Part shown: in pieces, positions 24,242 to 34,625 of the stretch
Layout: each line of letters starts with the position of its first letter
Position numbering within the stretch: position 1 is the first letter of the stretch
From: Azolla caroliniana
Taxonomy: Eukaryota > Plantae > Polypodiophyta
Length of the DNA: 64,000 nucleotides
Direction of reading: 5' to 3'
Assembly: GCA_043228905.1 (NCBI GenBank)
Contig: JBHGNT010000016.1
Coordinates: 16,678,001-16,742,000, forward strand
Program-made: the position numbers and the translations under genes
The notes under the pieces: generated by a model
The model's database searches: none
What the model was told of the DNA's origin: nothing
The model's input: the letters and a program-made list of their open reading frames with translations, nothing else

Positions 24242-24765
24242 TGTAAATGTTAACGTGTGGAAGCTTATGACAAACCGACTCAGCCAAATAGCAACAGAAC
24301 TCAAATACAGGTTTAATGGAACCTCGTGAACACATAGTGCACACAGGAAGAGACAAAGAGAGCAGAACATAAACTCTATATTCAAAAAATAACACTCTGT
24401 ACATACATCGTGCTTCCACAACACTATTTATATGAGTCCTTAAAAGGACTAACAGAAGTACTTATGTACTTCAATGCTCATACGAGCGGCTGGCACTAAC
24501 TATGAAGATAATGACTACCTAGTTGTCTAAAAGCATAGGCCCCTAATAGCCTTTCGTTTCACACTTGATCCGGCTCTCTGATCCGGATACAATCAGGCTG
24601 AAGCTTGTACAGTCGATCCGGATCCGGTTGCGCTTGTCCACCCAACACTCCCCCTCAAGCTCAAGTTGAGGTCGGATCGTGGTATTAGTGTTTGTGGTAG
24701 CCGGTCCTTTCCTCCGGCTCCTTCTGGCGTCCTCTCGCCTTACTCGCGCTCCTTGTCCAGTCCGG
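24242..24765 (-). mobile_element. Copia 3' LTR (24242-24647), PPT and 3' UTR stub
   Basis: CAACA-CTCCCCCTCAAGC is the reverse complement of PPT plus LTR start; similar to the LTRs at 27909, 52139, 52780 and 56840. Confidence 0.85.
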
Positions 24766-27600
24766 TGTCGCGTTGTTACGTGCGTGCGTGTAGAAGGGGC
24801 GGGGCCACGGGGGTCTTGGACTAGGGAGTGGAGGAGGAAGAATAAGACCAAAAATGGAAGTTTAGCTCAAGACGAGGTGAGAAAGAATAAGACAATAAAA
24901 TAGAATAGACGGGCAAGATGCTCAACAAGTTAGGTTAAGGAAACATGAACCTTTACAATGGTGGCCGCCATGGCTGCACCAAACGACTATGAGAAAAACC
25001 CTAAAGGAAAACCCTAACCGAAACCCTAAAACCGAATAGGAAACCCTCGACCTAAGTGGTATGCCTCTCTCCCTCAAAATAGGCAACCCCTCATAAGTGA
25101 CCCCTCCCTTCCTTTTATAGCCCAAGGAAGGGGGGACCTTACAATGTGGGATAAAATTCCCCTCTTCTTTCTACATACCATTTCCTAGTATACATGTGCA
25201 CATATTGCACACCATCGATTTGCCCATTCCACCCCGGTTTCACACTATAGCTGGAAATCTTCACCACATCCACCCCCACCAAACTGCACATCCACTGGTA
25301 TGTGCCAAGAAAGGAAAAGGGTGAGAGATTTCGGCGACGGTGATCAATCGAGTCTTTCGCCTTACCGGCACCCAACCGTCTTGCCGGTCCCTTGCCAGTC
25401 CCTTGCCGGCGTCGATCCGTCTTGCCGGCTCCTTACCGGCCCCGACCCGCCGGCTCCATCCGATCCACCATGTCCGGCGCACGCACCTTCTTCTTCGACC
25501 GGCCATCCCGAACACCGTTGCCGATCCGGTCTCCCTTCCTTCGCTCACCACGCATGTCCTCCGGTTAGACCCCCGATTACTTCGATTGCTCGCCGGGTGC
25601 CGCTCCTCGCGTATCACGTGTGTTCCACCTCCAGCTCGACCTTCTCCTTGCCCTGAACACCTCGTACCGACTCCCTTCGTTCTGCGCTCGGCTTCCGTAG
25701 GCACTTTCCGTGCGTCGTTGTCGTCCATCAAATGTGCGCTCGTGCTTTGGTCCTTACGTGACCCTGTTACGCACTCTTGGCTTCTCCCTCGCTCGTCGTG
25801 CTCTCTCACCGTATAGCGTACCATCATCCCGACCACCATGTCAGTGTCCTTCGCGACTCCCGTCACCGCTTCATCCCGACTCTCGTCCTCTTGGCACGCT
25901 TGGCCTGGCATGCCTTCCGGGACGCCACGCTTCCTCTTCCCGGCACGTAGCCCGTTGCTCTCCACGCACCTCCTCCGGTTCTCAAGACATAGCCTTCCAT
26001 GTTCGCCGATTATCCGTTGATACCGGCACCTCACTGCTCCGTCTCTTGCCGCGTGCATTCCTCGCAAAGGCTCGTATGTCCTCCGGGTGCGCTCCCGAAC
26101 TCTCTGATCGCACTCCGGATTCCGCCCTTTTCGTGCCGCGTATGTTCCTCCTCTGGTTTTATCGTCTCCGCATGCCGAACACCTCAACGTGTCGACTCTT
26201 CCTGCTCCACGCTTGCCTTCCATAGGCTCTTCTCGTGCGCCGATGTTGTACCCCGAATATGCGCCCATTCTTTGGCCCTTAGGTGACCCCATTCCGCGTT
26301 CCTTGCCTCTCCTTTGCCCGTCGTGCTCTCTCGCCGTAGAGCGTACCGTCATCCCGACCTCCGTGTTGGTGTCCCTCGAGGCTCTCGTTACTGCCTCGCC
26401 TCGACTCTCGTCCTCTTGGCCCATTTGGCCTCGCATGCCTTCCGGGACGCCGCACTTCCTCTTCCCGGCTCGTAGCCTGTTGCTCTCCACGCACCTCCTC
26501 CGGTTCTCAAGACATAGCCTTCCATGCTCGCCGATCATCCTCGTGCTTGTCGTTCGGCCTTTACGCGGCCACATCGCACGTCTCGCACTCCGCTCCACTC
26601 TGCGTACCCTTTCGAAAAGGTACATTGCTTCCCCGACATCCGTGTCGGTGCTCTCGTCTTCGGTGTCCTCTGAAACCTTCGATGTTGCCGCTTCGCCTTG
26701 AGGTACACCCTCTTGGTCCGCCTGGCCCGCTCGGCCGCACACATCCTTTGGGATGCCCCGTTTGCTCTTCACGGTACGTGACCCTCCGTTCTCCATGCAT
26801 CCCCTCCGTTTTCCCAGACACAATCCTTCGTTCATGTCGATCACGCTCGTCTCGATTCGTCGATCTTGGCATCTTGTCGCACTGTCCGTCGTCCTGCACT
26901 TGCCTCTCGAAGGCTTCCTCCGACCGTCATCGTCGATCACTCGTTGCGGCTCCTTCGAATGCACGCTTGCTTCTTGGCCCTTCGCCGGCCGTAGTGCATG
27001 CTCCGTTTTACGCCGTAGTGCATACTTCGTATTACGCGCCTCATCCACCGTAGACCCGACCTCCGCGTTGGTCTCTTCGTCCTTCGTTGCCGTAGCCCAT
27101 TCCGACTCGGGCTTGCCGTCTTGGCCCCGCTCGTCCATTATTTCATACCGGATATCTACACTGGTCTCCAACTCCACATCGGCCTCTAAGTCCTCACCGC
27201 CACCCGCCGTCTCTTCGGTCTAATGTTGATCCGCAACCGCCAAAGTCTCAAGAATAGGTGTGGAGGGTTTCCCTTGCTCTCCGTCTTCCGCCAAGCCGTA
27301 ATCACCGTGCCCGGTTAGCCTCCTTCTCGCGCTCACCGGCTCCCACCGCGTGTTGTGGCTCGTACGCCTCGGCCTCCAATCATGCCGACTTAGCCTTCGC
27401 CCGGATCGGTCTCGGCCGATCGAGTTCCGGTTTGGTCGACTCCCTTCCGTAACCGTAACCGACCGCTACATGTTTGTCCGCACCAATCCGGCCTTGCCGG
27501 CTCTTCTTCGGTTCAGGCCCGATTGACCAGACCCCGCTCCAATCTTCTTCCGCCTCGTTCCAGGCTCTGACCGGCTGTATTCCTTGCGCTTCGTGCGCGG
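24766..27600 (-). mobile_element. Partial LTR element: probable 3' LTR 24766-25268, PPT-like GGTGGGGGTGGA, GC-rich internal region with a 638-aa repetitive ORF
   Basis: TG..CA bounded segment with a minus-strand TATAAAA near 25114-25120; abrupt break in the Copia UTR at 24766; no second LTR found. Confidence 0.55.
25261..27177 (-). CDS. Arg/Glu/Gly-rich hypothetical protein with internal repeats (retroelement-borne, possibly eroded gag)
   Basis: 638 open codons; the module LCLENRRRCVESN..KRK.GVPEGM.GQ occurs twice, plus one diverged copy. Confidence 0.4.
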   Translation of the reverse strand: MELETSVDIRYEIMDERGQDGKPESEWATATKDEETNAEVGSTVDEARNTKYALRRKTEHALRPAKGQEASVHSKEPQRVIDDDGRRKPSRGKCRTTDSATRCQDRRIETSVIDMNEGLCLGKRRGCMENGGSRTVKSKRGIPKDVCGRAGQADQEGVPQGEAATSKVSEDTEDESTDTDVGEAMYLFERVRRVERSARRAMWPRKGRTTSTRMIGEHGRLCLENRRRCVESNRLRAGKRKCGVPEGMRGQMGQEDESRGEAVTRASRDTNTEVGMTVRSTAREHDGQRRGKERGMGSPKGQRMGAYSGYNIGAREEPMEGKRGAGRVDTLRCSACGDDKTRGGTYAARKGRNPECDQRVRERTRRTYEPLRGMHAARDGAVRCRYQRIIGEHGRLCLENRRRCVESNGLRAGKRKRGVPEGMPGQACQEDESRDEAVTGVAKDTDMVVGMMVRYTVREHDERGRSQECVTGSRKDQSTSAHLMDDNDARKVPTEAERRTKGVGTRCSGQGEGRAGGGTHVIREERHPASNRSNRGSNRRTCVVSEGRETGSATVFGMAGRRRRCVRRTWWIGWSRRVGAGKEPARRIDAGKGLARDRQDGWVPVRRKTRLITVAEISHPFPFLAHTSGCAVWWGWMW

Positions 27601-27908
27601 GTCCTAACTACTATTGATAATCTATTATGTTGCTTTACGTTGTTTTTCTACTGTGTCATTCTCATGGGTGAAGAAGGTACAATGTTGAGGAGGTTGGCCA
27701 AGAAGATGGTTTGTGTAGAAGATAACGAGGAAAAAAACCAAGAAAAAGAAGTATGTTGAAGTGGTTTATCCTAAAAACTTCTCCACGAGTTTGGGTTCAT
27801 CCAAAGCACTTTATTTTGGTAAACAAGTTTTGTAAGATAAAAGTAGTATATATAAAGGAAAATGTAAAACAAAAGATTACCACAAAAGTTCTTTTTCCTA
27901 AAAGAGAT

Positions 27909-30896
27909 TGTAAAAGTAAGTACGTGGAAGCTTATGACAAACCGGACAACAGCAGAAAGAACGAAGAAAGATGGAGACCTTGAAACACACACACACACAC
28001 AGACCTCGGGAGAGACAGAGAGAGTAGAACATAAACTCTATTCAAAATAATAATACTTTGTGCTATTTACAACGTGCTTCGACAACACTATTTATACAAG
28101 TCCTTAAAAGGATTGACAGAAGTACTACGTACTTCAATGATGATACGAGCGGTTGACTTACACTAACTACTAGGACAATGACTACCTAGTAGTCTAGAAG
28201 TGTAGGCCTCTACTAGCCTTCCGGTTCACACTTCAGTCCGACTCTCCGATCCATCTCCTGGTTTTGGATATCATCCAGACACCGATCCACATATGATCCG
28301 ACTCAAGCTTATACAGCCAATTCGGATCCGGTTGAGCTTGTTCGCTCAACACTCCCCCTCAAGCTTAACTTCAGGTCGGATTGTGGTGTTCGTATCTGTG
28401 GCAGCCAGTTCTTTCGTCCAGCTCCTTTTGGCGTCCTCCCGCCTCGCTCGCGTTCCTTGTTTGGTCCGATTCCTCCTTTTACGACCCGTCTGGTTCTGCG
28501 CTCCTCGACCTCCTTGGTTAGCTTGTTTGCTCAACAGGCCCATCTAAGCTCCTTTGTTGTTGTGACTCTGACGTCGACTTCATTGCTCGCAACAAAGACT
28601 CACATTATTAGAGGCAACGATACGATGAGACTAGCCTCAACCTCAACATGGACCAAACTTGCACACCACCTCCAATACAACTAGTAGCATCCCATAATTG
28701 GGACAAGCTCGGGAATAACTTCATTCATGGGGCCCAAATGCCAACTCAAGAGAAGGCTAGAAGACTTGGAGTTGGCACTAGGAAGGTGAAAAGTAACAAT
28801 GGTGCAACAAAAAAAGCAAATTTAACAAGATGCACCAACAATGCCCAAAGAAAATCGAAGACGGTGACGATATGATGGTGACAACTACAACTTGACAATC
28901 AACATAGCTCAATGATGAAGATTGCAAGAAAGTGGTTTGGACCATACATTATGACAAATGCAAATGACAACACCACTTACGACCTCTCTAAACTCAACAT
29001 CAAAAGACTAGTGGTTTCGATAGTAGGAGAACGAGTTAAGATCTTCAAGAAGTGGCAAAAAGATGAGTTGAACCTCAATGACTCAAGAAGATGAACATAA
29101 AAGGAACAAAGGATTGAGACGCTCACAAACGAAATGGTAGTGCACCTCAATGTGCTTAGTCTGGGCATTAAAGACAGGGTTCTTTGCTACCTAGATGTTG
29201 TTGAGGTTGTCACAGTAGATCGTTGTTGGATCGGACACCTCCTCCTGCAGATCCTAAACCGGCCCGTGTCAACCTTTCCGGATGAATAGTGACGAGTCCG
29301 ATTTGGACGTCGCAAAGCCCATCCGATGCAATCGTTGTGTGATCTTCGCGTTCCAGGCACGTGGGGCTTGCTTTAGTCCGTAAAGGGACTTCTTCAATTG
29401 GCACACCACCGAAGTGTTCGTTCTGGAGTGAAATCCGGGGGGTTGTACCAAGTACACCTGTTCCTCAAGTTCACCTTGCAGGAACGCATTCTTTACATCC
29501 ATCTGATGTAAGTGCCACCCCTTTGCTGTAGCTACCACGATCAAAACATGGATGATCGTCATCTTCGCGACCGGCGCAAATGTCTCATCGTAGTTGATGT
29601 CGTGTTTCTGCACATAGCCTTTTGCTACTAATCGGGCCTTGTATCGGTTGACCGAGCTGTCAGTGTTGTACTTGACCTTGTACACCCACCTACATCCGAT
29701 CGGCTTCACACCTTTCGGTGCGTCAACTAGGTCCCAGGTTTCATTCTCCGCCAATGCGCGCATCTCTTCCTCCATTGTGGCACGCCAATTTGCATCCTTC
29801 GCCGCTTTTGCGTAGCTCTCTAGCCCATGCATTTCCGCTACATGGGTCATGTACGCATAGTGATGTGCCATGTACTCGTTGTATCCGAACCACACAACAG
29901 GGTTCTTCTAGTAGGTAGATCGGCGTAATTGCTCATTAGCCGATGTTGAGCCTTTCTTGACTCACGCGGACTTCGCTCTCAAAGGCCCGTCATCACTTTG
30001 CTCGGAGTCAGATTCGCGTCGATCCGACTCACCCTTATTCGTGCCGTACTCCAGCATCTTCTTCTTCCCTTTTTCCTTGCGCGTAAGTTGTCTCCTCGGC
30101 TTTTTGCGCGGAGAATGCACGGACGAGTCTCCACTACTCGCCTGTTCTTCTTCGAACCGACTTAGTCTTCCATTCAGTCCACTTAACGGAAACGAGATCG
30201 GGCTCTCTTTGAGGGTCCTGATTTCACCCTCATCCGAAGGCACTTCAGCCTCGTTGGCCTCATCGTCAGAGCTCGGATTGGAGGTGAGGTCTAGAGTCGG
30301 AAGCAAATACCAGGACGTGGACTCGTCAAACACAACATCACGACTCACGTGAGCTTGTTTGGTTCAGGGGTTATAACACTTATAACCCTTCTGCTCGTCC
30401 GAATAGCCGACTAGGATACACTTCTCGGCCTTCGCTTCCAGCTTCCTCTATTTCTCCTTCCTCACATGCAGATACGCAATACTACCGAAAACTCTCAAGT
30501 GTCGTAGATTCGGCTTCCTTCCGAAATATAGCTCATGCACCGACACTTTGTCTCCGATCCGATTCTGGATGTACACCGCGGTTCGTACTACCTCGGCCCA
30601 ATAGAACTTGGACAAGCTCTTTTCTTCAAGCATTGCCCGCGCCGCTTCTACAATCGACTGATTTTTCCTTTCAGCCATGCCGTTTTGCTCTGGCGTATAT
30701 CTGCAACTGAATTCGCGTTGAAGTCCCATCTAATGCAGATACCCGTTGAATTCACCTAAAAAGTACTCTTTTCCGCCATCCGACTGCAGGCACTTGATCT
30801 TTCTTCATGTTTCCATTTCGACGAAACTCTTGAGGTCCCGGAAATAGTCGAAGACTTCACTCTTCTTCTCAATAAGGTAGATCCACTTGTGCTGTG
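27909..30896 (-). mobile_element. Degenerate Copia 3' portion: IN and RT fragments, RNaseH remnant, PPT and 3' LTR 27909-28351
   Basis: YTPEQNGMAERKN, SRDVVFDE, RYKARLVAKGY, LHQMDVKNAFL and TKHIEVHYHF; internal deletion between RT and RNaseH; PPT at 28352-28364. Confidence 0.88.
28870..29095 (+). pseudogene. Gypsy integrase C-terminal (GPY/F) fragment in opposite orientation
   Basis: KIARKWFGPYIM..NTTYDL..GERVKIF. Confidence 0.6.
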
Positions 30897-31556
30897 TGTT
30901 AATCCTAGGGGTTGGACAATAACCTAACATAGGGTGTCCACTTAAGACACTTCTCTAAAGGGTGGTACGACAGAATGACTTACGACACAACGCTTAATTA
31001 GACCTTAATTGGTTACTTAGCAATCCATAATTAACACGCGTAAGATATAACAATGACTACAGAACGGTAATCAACACTGAGAGATTAAGACAATAAGCTC
31101 TATTAATTATCCGTTTCTGATTACATTATAACCGGGCCTTTATATAGGTCTCCGGTGCGAAATACAAAACGGTGCCAACTGGCACTTTTACGGGATCGGT
31201 CCGGATCCGGATCGGCATATCGATTCCGGTCCGTCCGTCCACATCTTCTCATATATTAATATCTCTATTAAGATTACTAATTACAACAGTTCCCGAATAA
31301 ACTATTCCTTTTCACACTTTGATTTGGACCTCCTTAAGCCTTCTTGTTAGCCGGTAACACATGGCATGCCCGTGGGACAGTACCTTGTACGTCGAACCCA
31401 TTATCCGGCCCTTTTATGCTTCGTCCAAAATGTCCAGAATGCTTTGCTCCAAAATTTCCAATGGCTCGTCGGGAATCTGTTGCTGTTGTGGCTGCTGCTG
31501 CTATAGCTGTTGTTCCGTTGGGGCTGTTGCTACTATTCCGTTTGTGGTTGTGGGTG

Positions 31557-34167
31557 CTACTCCGTTTGTACCTTCTTCGTTTGGGGTTGCGGCTCCGTTT
31601 GTTGCGCTAGCATCGGCATTTCCTTTGTTGGTTCCTCCGTCGGAGTTGTATGTGGCTGACTGACCCTGGCCTGGTCCCTGTCTAGTCCTTGCATCGGTGA
31701 CGGTTCCTCATCACTAAGGTTGACCGTTGCCGCCTTTCTCGCTTTTTCTTCCCGCAGCCGGGACCGCTCATAGCTCCCAAACTGGATTTGAGCCTCCAGC
31801 CGATCGTCGTCCAGTTGAACTACGAGCTGCCGGACCTGTACCAGTTGTTCATCCGCCAAGGCTGTGAAATCTTCGGCCAACTCATCCCTTATGGTGGTGA
31901 AGTCCTCCGAGGTCATCGTATAACAGTCGTCGCCCTCCTTTCGCCGGTTTTCCACGTCTGCCCTAAGCAATTGGAGTTCCGCCGTATTTTGCGCCCATTT
32001 CGTCCACCAACGCACAGAGCTGTCGTCAATCAAGCTTTTGGTCTTAGTGAGCCATGACCGGAGGATGCATTGGATCCGTTCGGCTCCCATCTGTTATTTA
32101 TTTTCTGTGGCTTGTCGCTCTTCCTTCAATTTCTTGATGATCCGAACCGTGTCCGCCTCCTACTCCCTATAATGCGACAATTGATTTTGATAGCTTGTTT
32201 GCAACCTTTGTAATACCATTGTCGCTCTTTCCTTGTCTTCATGGTTCTGTTTGTGGAGCTCCATCCGGTCATTCGCCGCTTCCTCCAATAGCCTGGAACT
32301 TTCCGCTCGTTTTTCGGCGAGTGCCGTTGTGGCCCTATCAACTTCTTGCCGGAGCTCGGCCATCCGTTCCTGCTGCTGCTTATACTCCGTCTCCAGCTGC
32401 TTGTAGTCCCGATGAAGATGATCGAAATCATCGGTCTTCTGCTTCAGCCTCTGATTGATCTGCAGGCGCGCGTGGTCCTCCCAGTCCTTCTGTTGACGGA
32501 GCTCTTCCTTCAGCCTCTCGATTTCCGTTTCCGCCATCCGTCGTAGCTTGTCTTTTTCCTGCAACAATTTCTCTTTTTCCTCCTTCAGTCGGTCGTAAGC
32601 ATGACGTCCTTTACGCAGGTTTTCCTCTGCTCGGCGAAGGTTCTCAGCAGTCTTTTTTAATTGTTCTTCGGCCGCCTTCTTCAAGTCGCGTTCGTGGCAC
32701 CGTAATGCTTCTTGTGCGGCGAGCTCATCTCGTAATTCCGCAAGCTCTTGGGCTTGCGCCGCATCTTTCTTTGGGACAGTTTGTGTCTCCGGGGTCTTAT
32801 TCCTCTGTACATTAACCGGAGTCACCGGTGCTTGGATCTACGTTGCGGTTAAGGCCATTTTGGCCATATCTCCTGTGATCCGATCCAAGTCTTGTTCGAG
32901 GCACCAGATCCTTGACTGGGCCGTCTCCAGTTCATCGGTTGTGACAAGCAACCGTTCCGTTTGCGCTCTTTCCTCTGCCTCTATGCATCCGACTACTCCG
33001 GCAATTTGTTCTCCTATCCATCGGAGCCATTGGCTGCCGGTGCACTGTTGTTGCGCTTGCACGGAGAGTTGGCTGATGGGTTCACTCGCCGGTGGCTGGT
33101 CCCGCTTTACTGCGTCGAGTTGCGCTTCTGGTTCTGCCAGCTGACTGTTTTGCCATTCCGGCTCTGAGTGTGTTTTGGCTAGTCGCCCTAAACCCTACTC
33201 TTGAGTTACGGGGCTTGCTGGTGCTGCCTGTTGTGCAGGGACTTCTGTGACCGGTTTTCTCCGAACCGGTTCCGGTACCTCCCTTGGCGTGGGATGCTCA
33301 GCGTGAGTTGTGGGCGTTCCATCCTTCTGTGGGTCCAAATGCTTCCGGGCTGATTCAACGGTGCTCTTCACCGGCCGCCGCTGGAGGTGCTCAGTGGGTT
33401 CTTCCTCCATTTCTTCCGCCTGAGTCCCGGCATTCATTCTTGCCGCCAGGGTGTTCGTTTTCGGTTGCACCGGTCGGTGGAGTGGGCTCTTCAGGGGCCG
33501 TGCCGGTGTCTCCTCACTTGCATTCGTCGGCCGCTTTTGGCTGGCGCGCTCCTTTGCCGCCTTCTCTGCGTCGGCCGTCTTCCCCTTAGTGGCCTTGGAG
33601 GCCAATAGTTGTTGTCGTTTCGAAGCAGGTTTCGGGGTGCCATCCGTTGCTCTTCCCCGCTTCTTGGTTTGGACAGGCTCAACCGGTGGCGCCAACAGGG
33701 TGAGCCATTGTGTCACCGCATGCCATATTTTCCGGCCTTCCTTGCCGTCCATTCCTCTTACTATATCAATGGCCGTACACAGCCCGTCGGCGATCAGCAC
33801 CGACCAATCTACCTTGACCCCTTCGTACGTTGCGATGATCAAGCCTGCTCGGTTCTAAGGCATGACGGGGGGTCGAGGGTACACATGGCCGAACTCATGG
33901 AGCACACGGGCAATTTCGCGGAATAGCATATCTTCGCCGCCCTGTGTCTTGTAGCCCTTGTTGGTTAGAGAGTACGCACCGAAATATTTGATGAATTGCT
34001 CGGAGGTAGGATTGTCGATCGTATAGATGCCTCGCTCCGGAAGGCCTATTAACGCACAGATCGCCTCCTCCATGATCACCTCTGTGTCGATTTCTTTTAT
34101 AATCTTTTCGGCCTCCTTGTGTGGCCCCGCCTCCATGATCATTAAAAAACCCTCCAATCCATGCTGT
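31557..34167 (-). pseudogene. Extra ORF of the Gypsy element (N-terminus at ~45850-45800 beyond the insertion): globular domain plus coiled coil
   Basis: ORFs 33855..34157, 33195..33842, 32838..33062, 32160..32825 and 31557..32090 share one frame; homologous to 232-11900. Confidence 0.75.
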
Positions 34168-34450
34168 TGTTAGGAATAGTACTAAAGCAGAGATGGAATT
34201 AGTACTAGAGAAGAGCAGTACTATTAGTACTAAGAGGACGGGACTGCGTAAGACTCCTGAGAGAGAGAGAAAGAGAGAAGCAAAAAGAGAGATAGCGAGA
34301 ATGAGAGAGAGAGAAGGATGATGACAACAGCTCTTATATTATATGAAAGATAAGTACAAATTGGCTAAGAGGCTTAAGACTGGTGTTGAACCAATTTGGT
34401 TCAACATAATGCCTAGTGCCTTCTTTTATAGTGTTGTCAAGAGTAATCCT

Positions 34451-34483
34451 GAAACTTCTAGAATGTTCCAGAGAAATCTGGAA
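34451..34483. promoter_or_regulatory. Heat-shock element in LTR A (second copy ~45636-45668)
   Basis: GAAacTTCtaGAAtgTTC is four perfect alternating nGAAn units, upstream of the TATA box in element orientation. Confidence 0.75.
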
Positions 34484-34544
34484 TATACATTACTTTCTTA
34501 TAATAAAACATAAATGAAAATAATATCCAATGAATTACAATGGA

Positions 34545-34599
34545 TGGTGTGATGGTTAAGAGCTCGACCCATATGCCATAAGGTTATGGGTTCGAGTCT
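34545..34599 (+). promoter_or_regulatory. tRNA-like Pol III A/B-box cassette in LTR A (second copy 45730-45784)
   Basis: A-box TGGTGTGATGG and B-box GGTTCGAGTCT, starts 44 nt apart. Confidence 0.7.
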
Positions 34600-34625
34600 T
34601 GCCATATCATGACACTATCTCCCCC

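Noticed and set aside
34538-34612. Functional tRNA genes in the chromovirus LTRs
   Set aside because: Acceptor, anticodon and T stems do not pair convincingly by eye. Only the promoter boxes and spacing are kept, so they are reported as tRNA-like cassettes.
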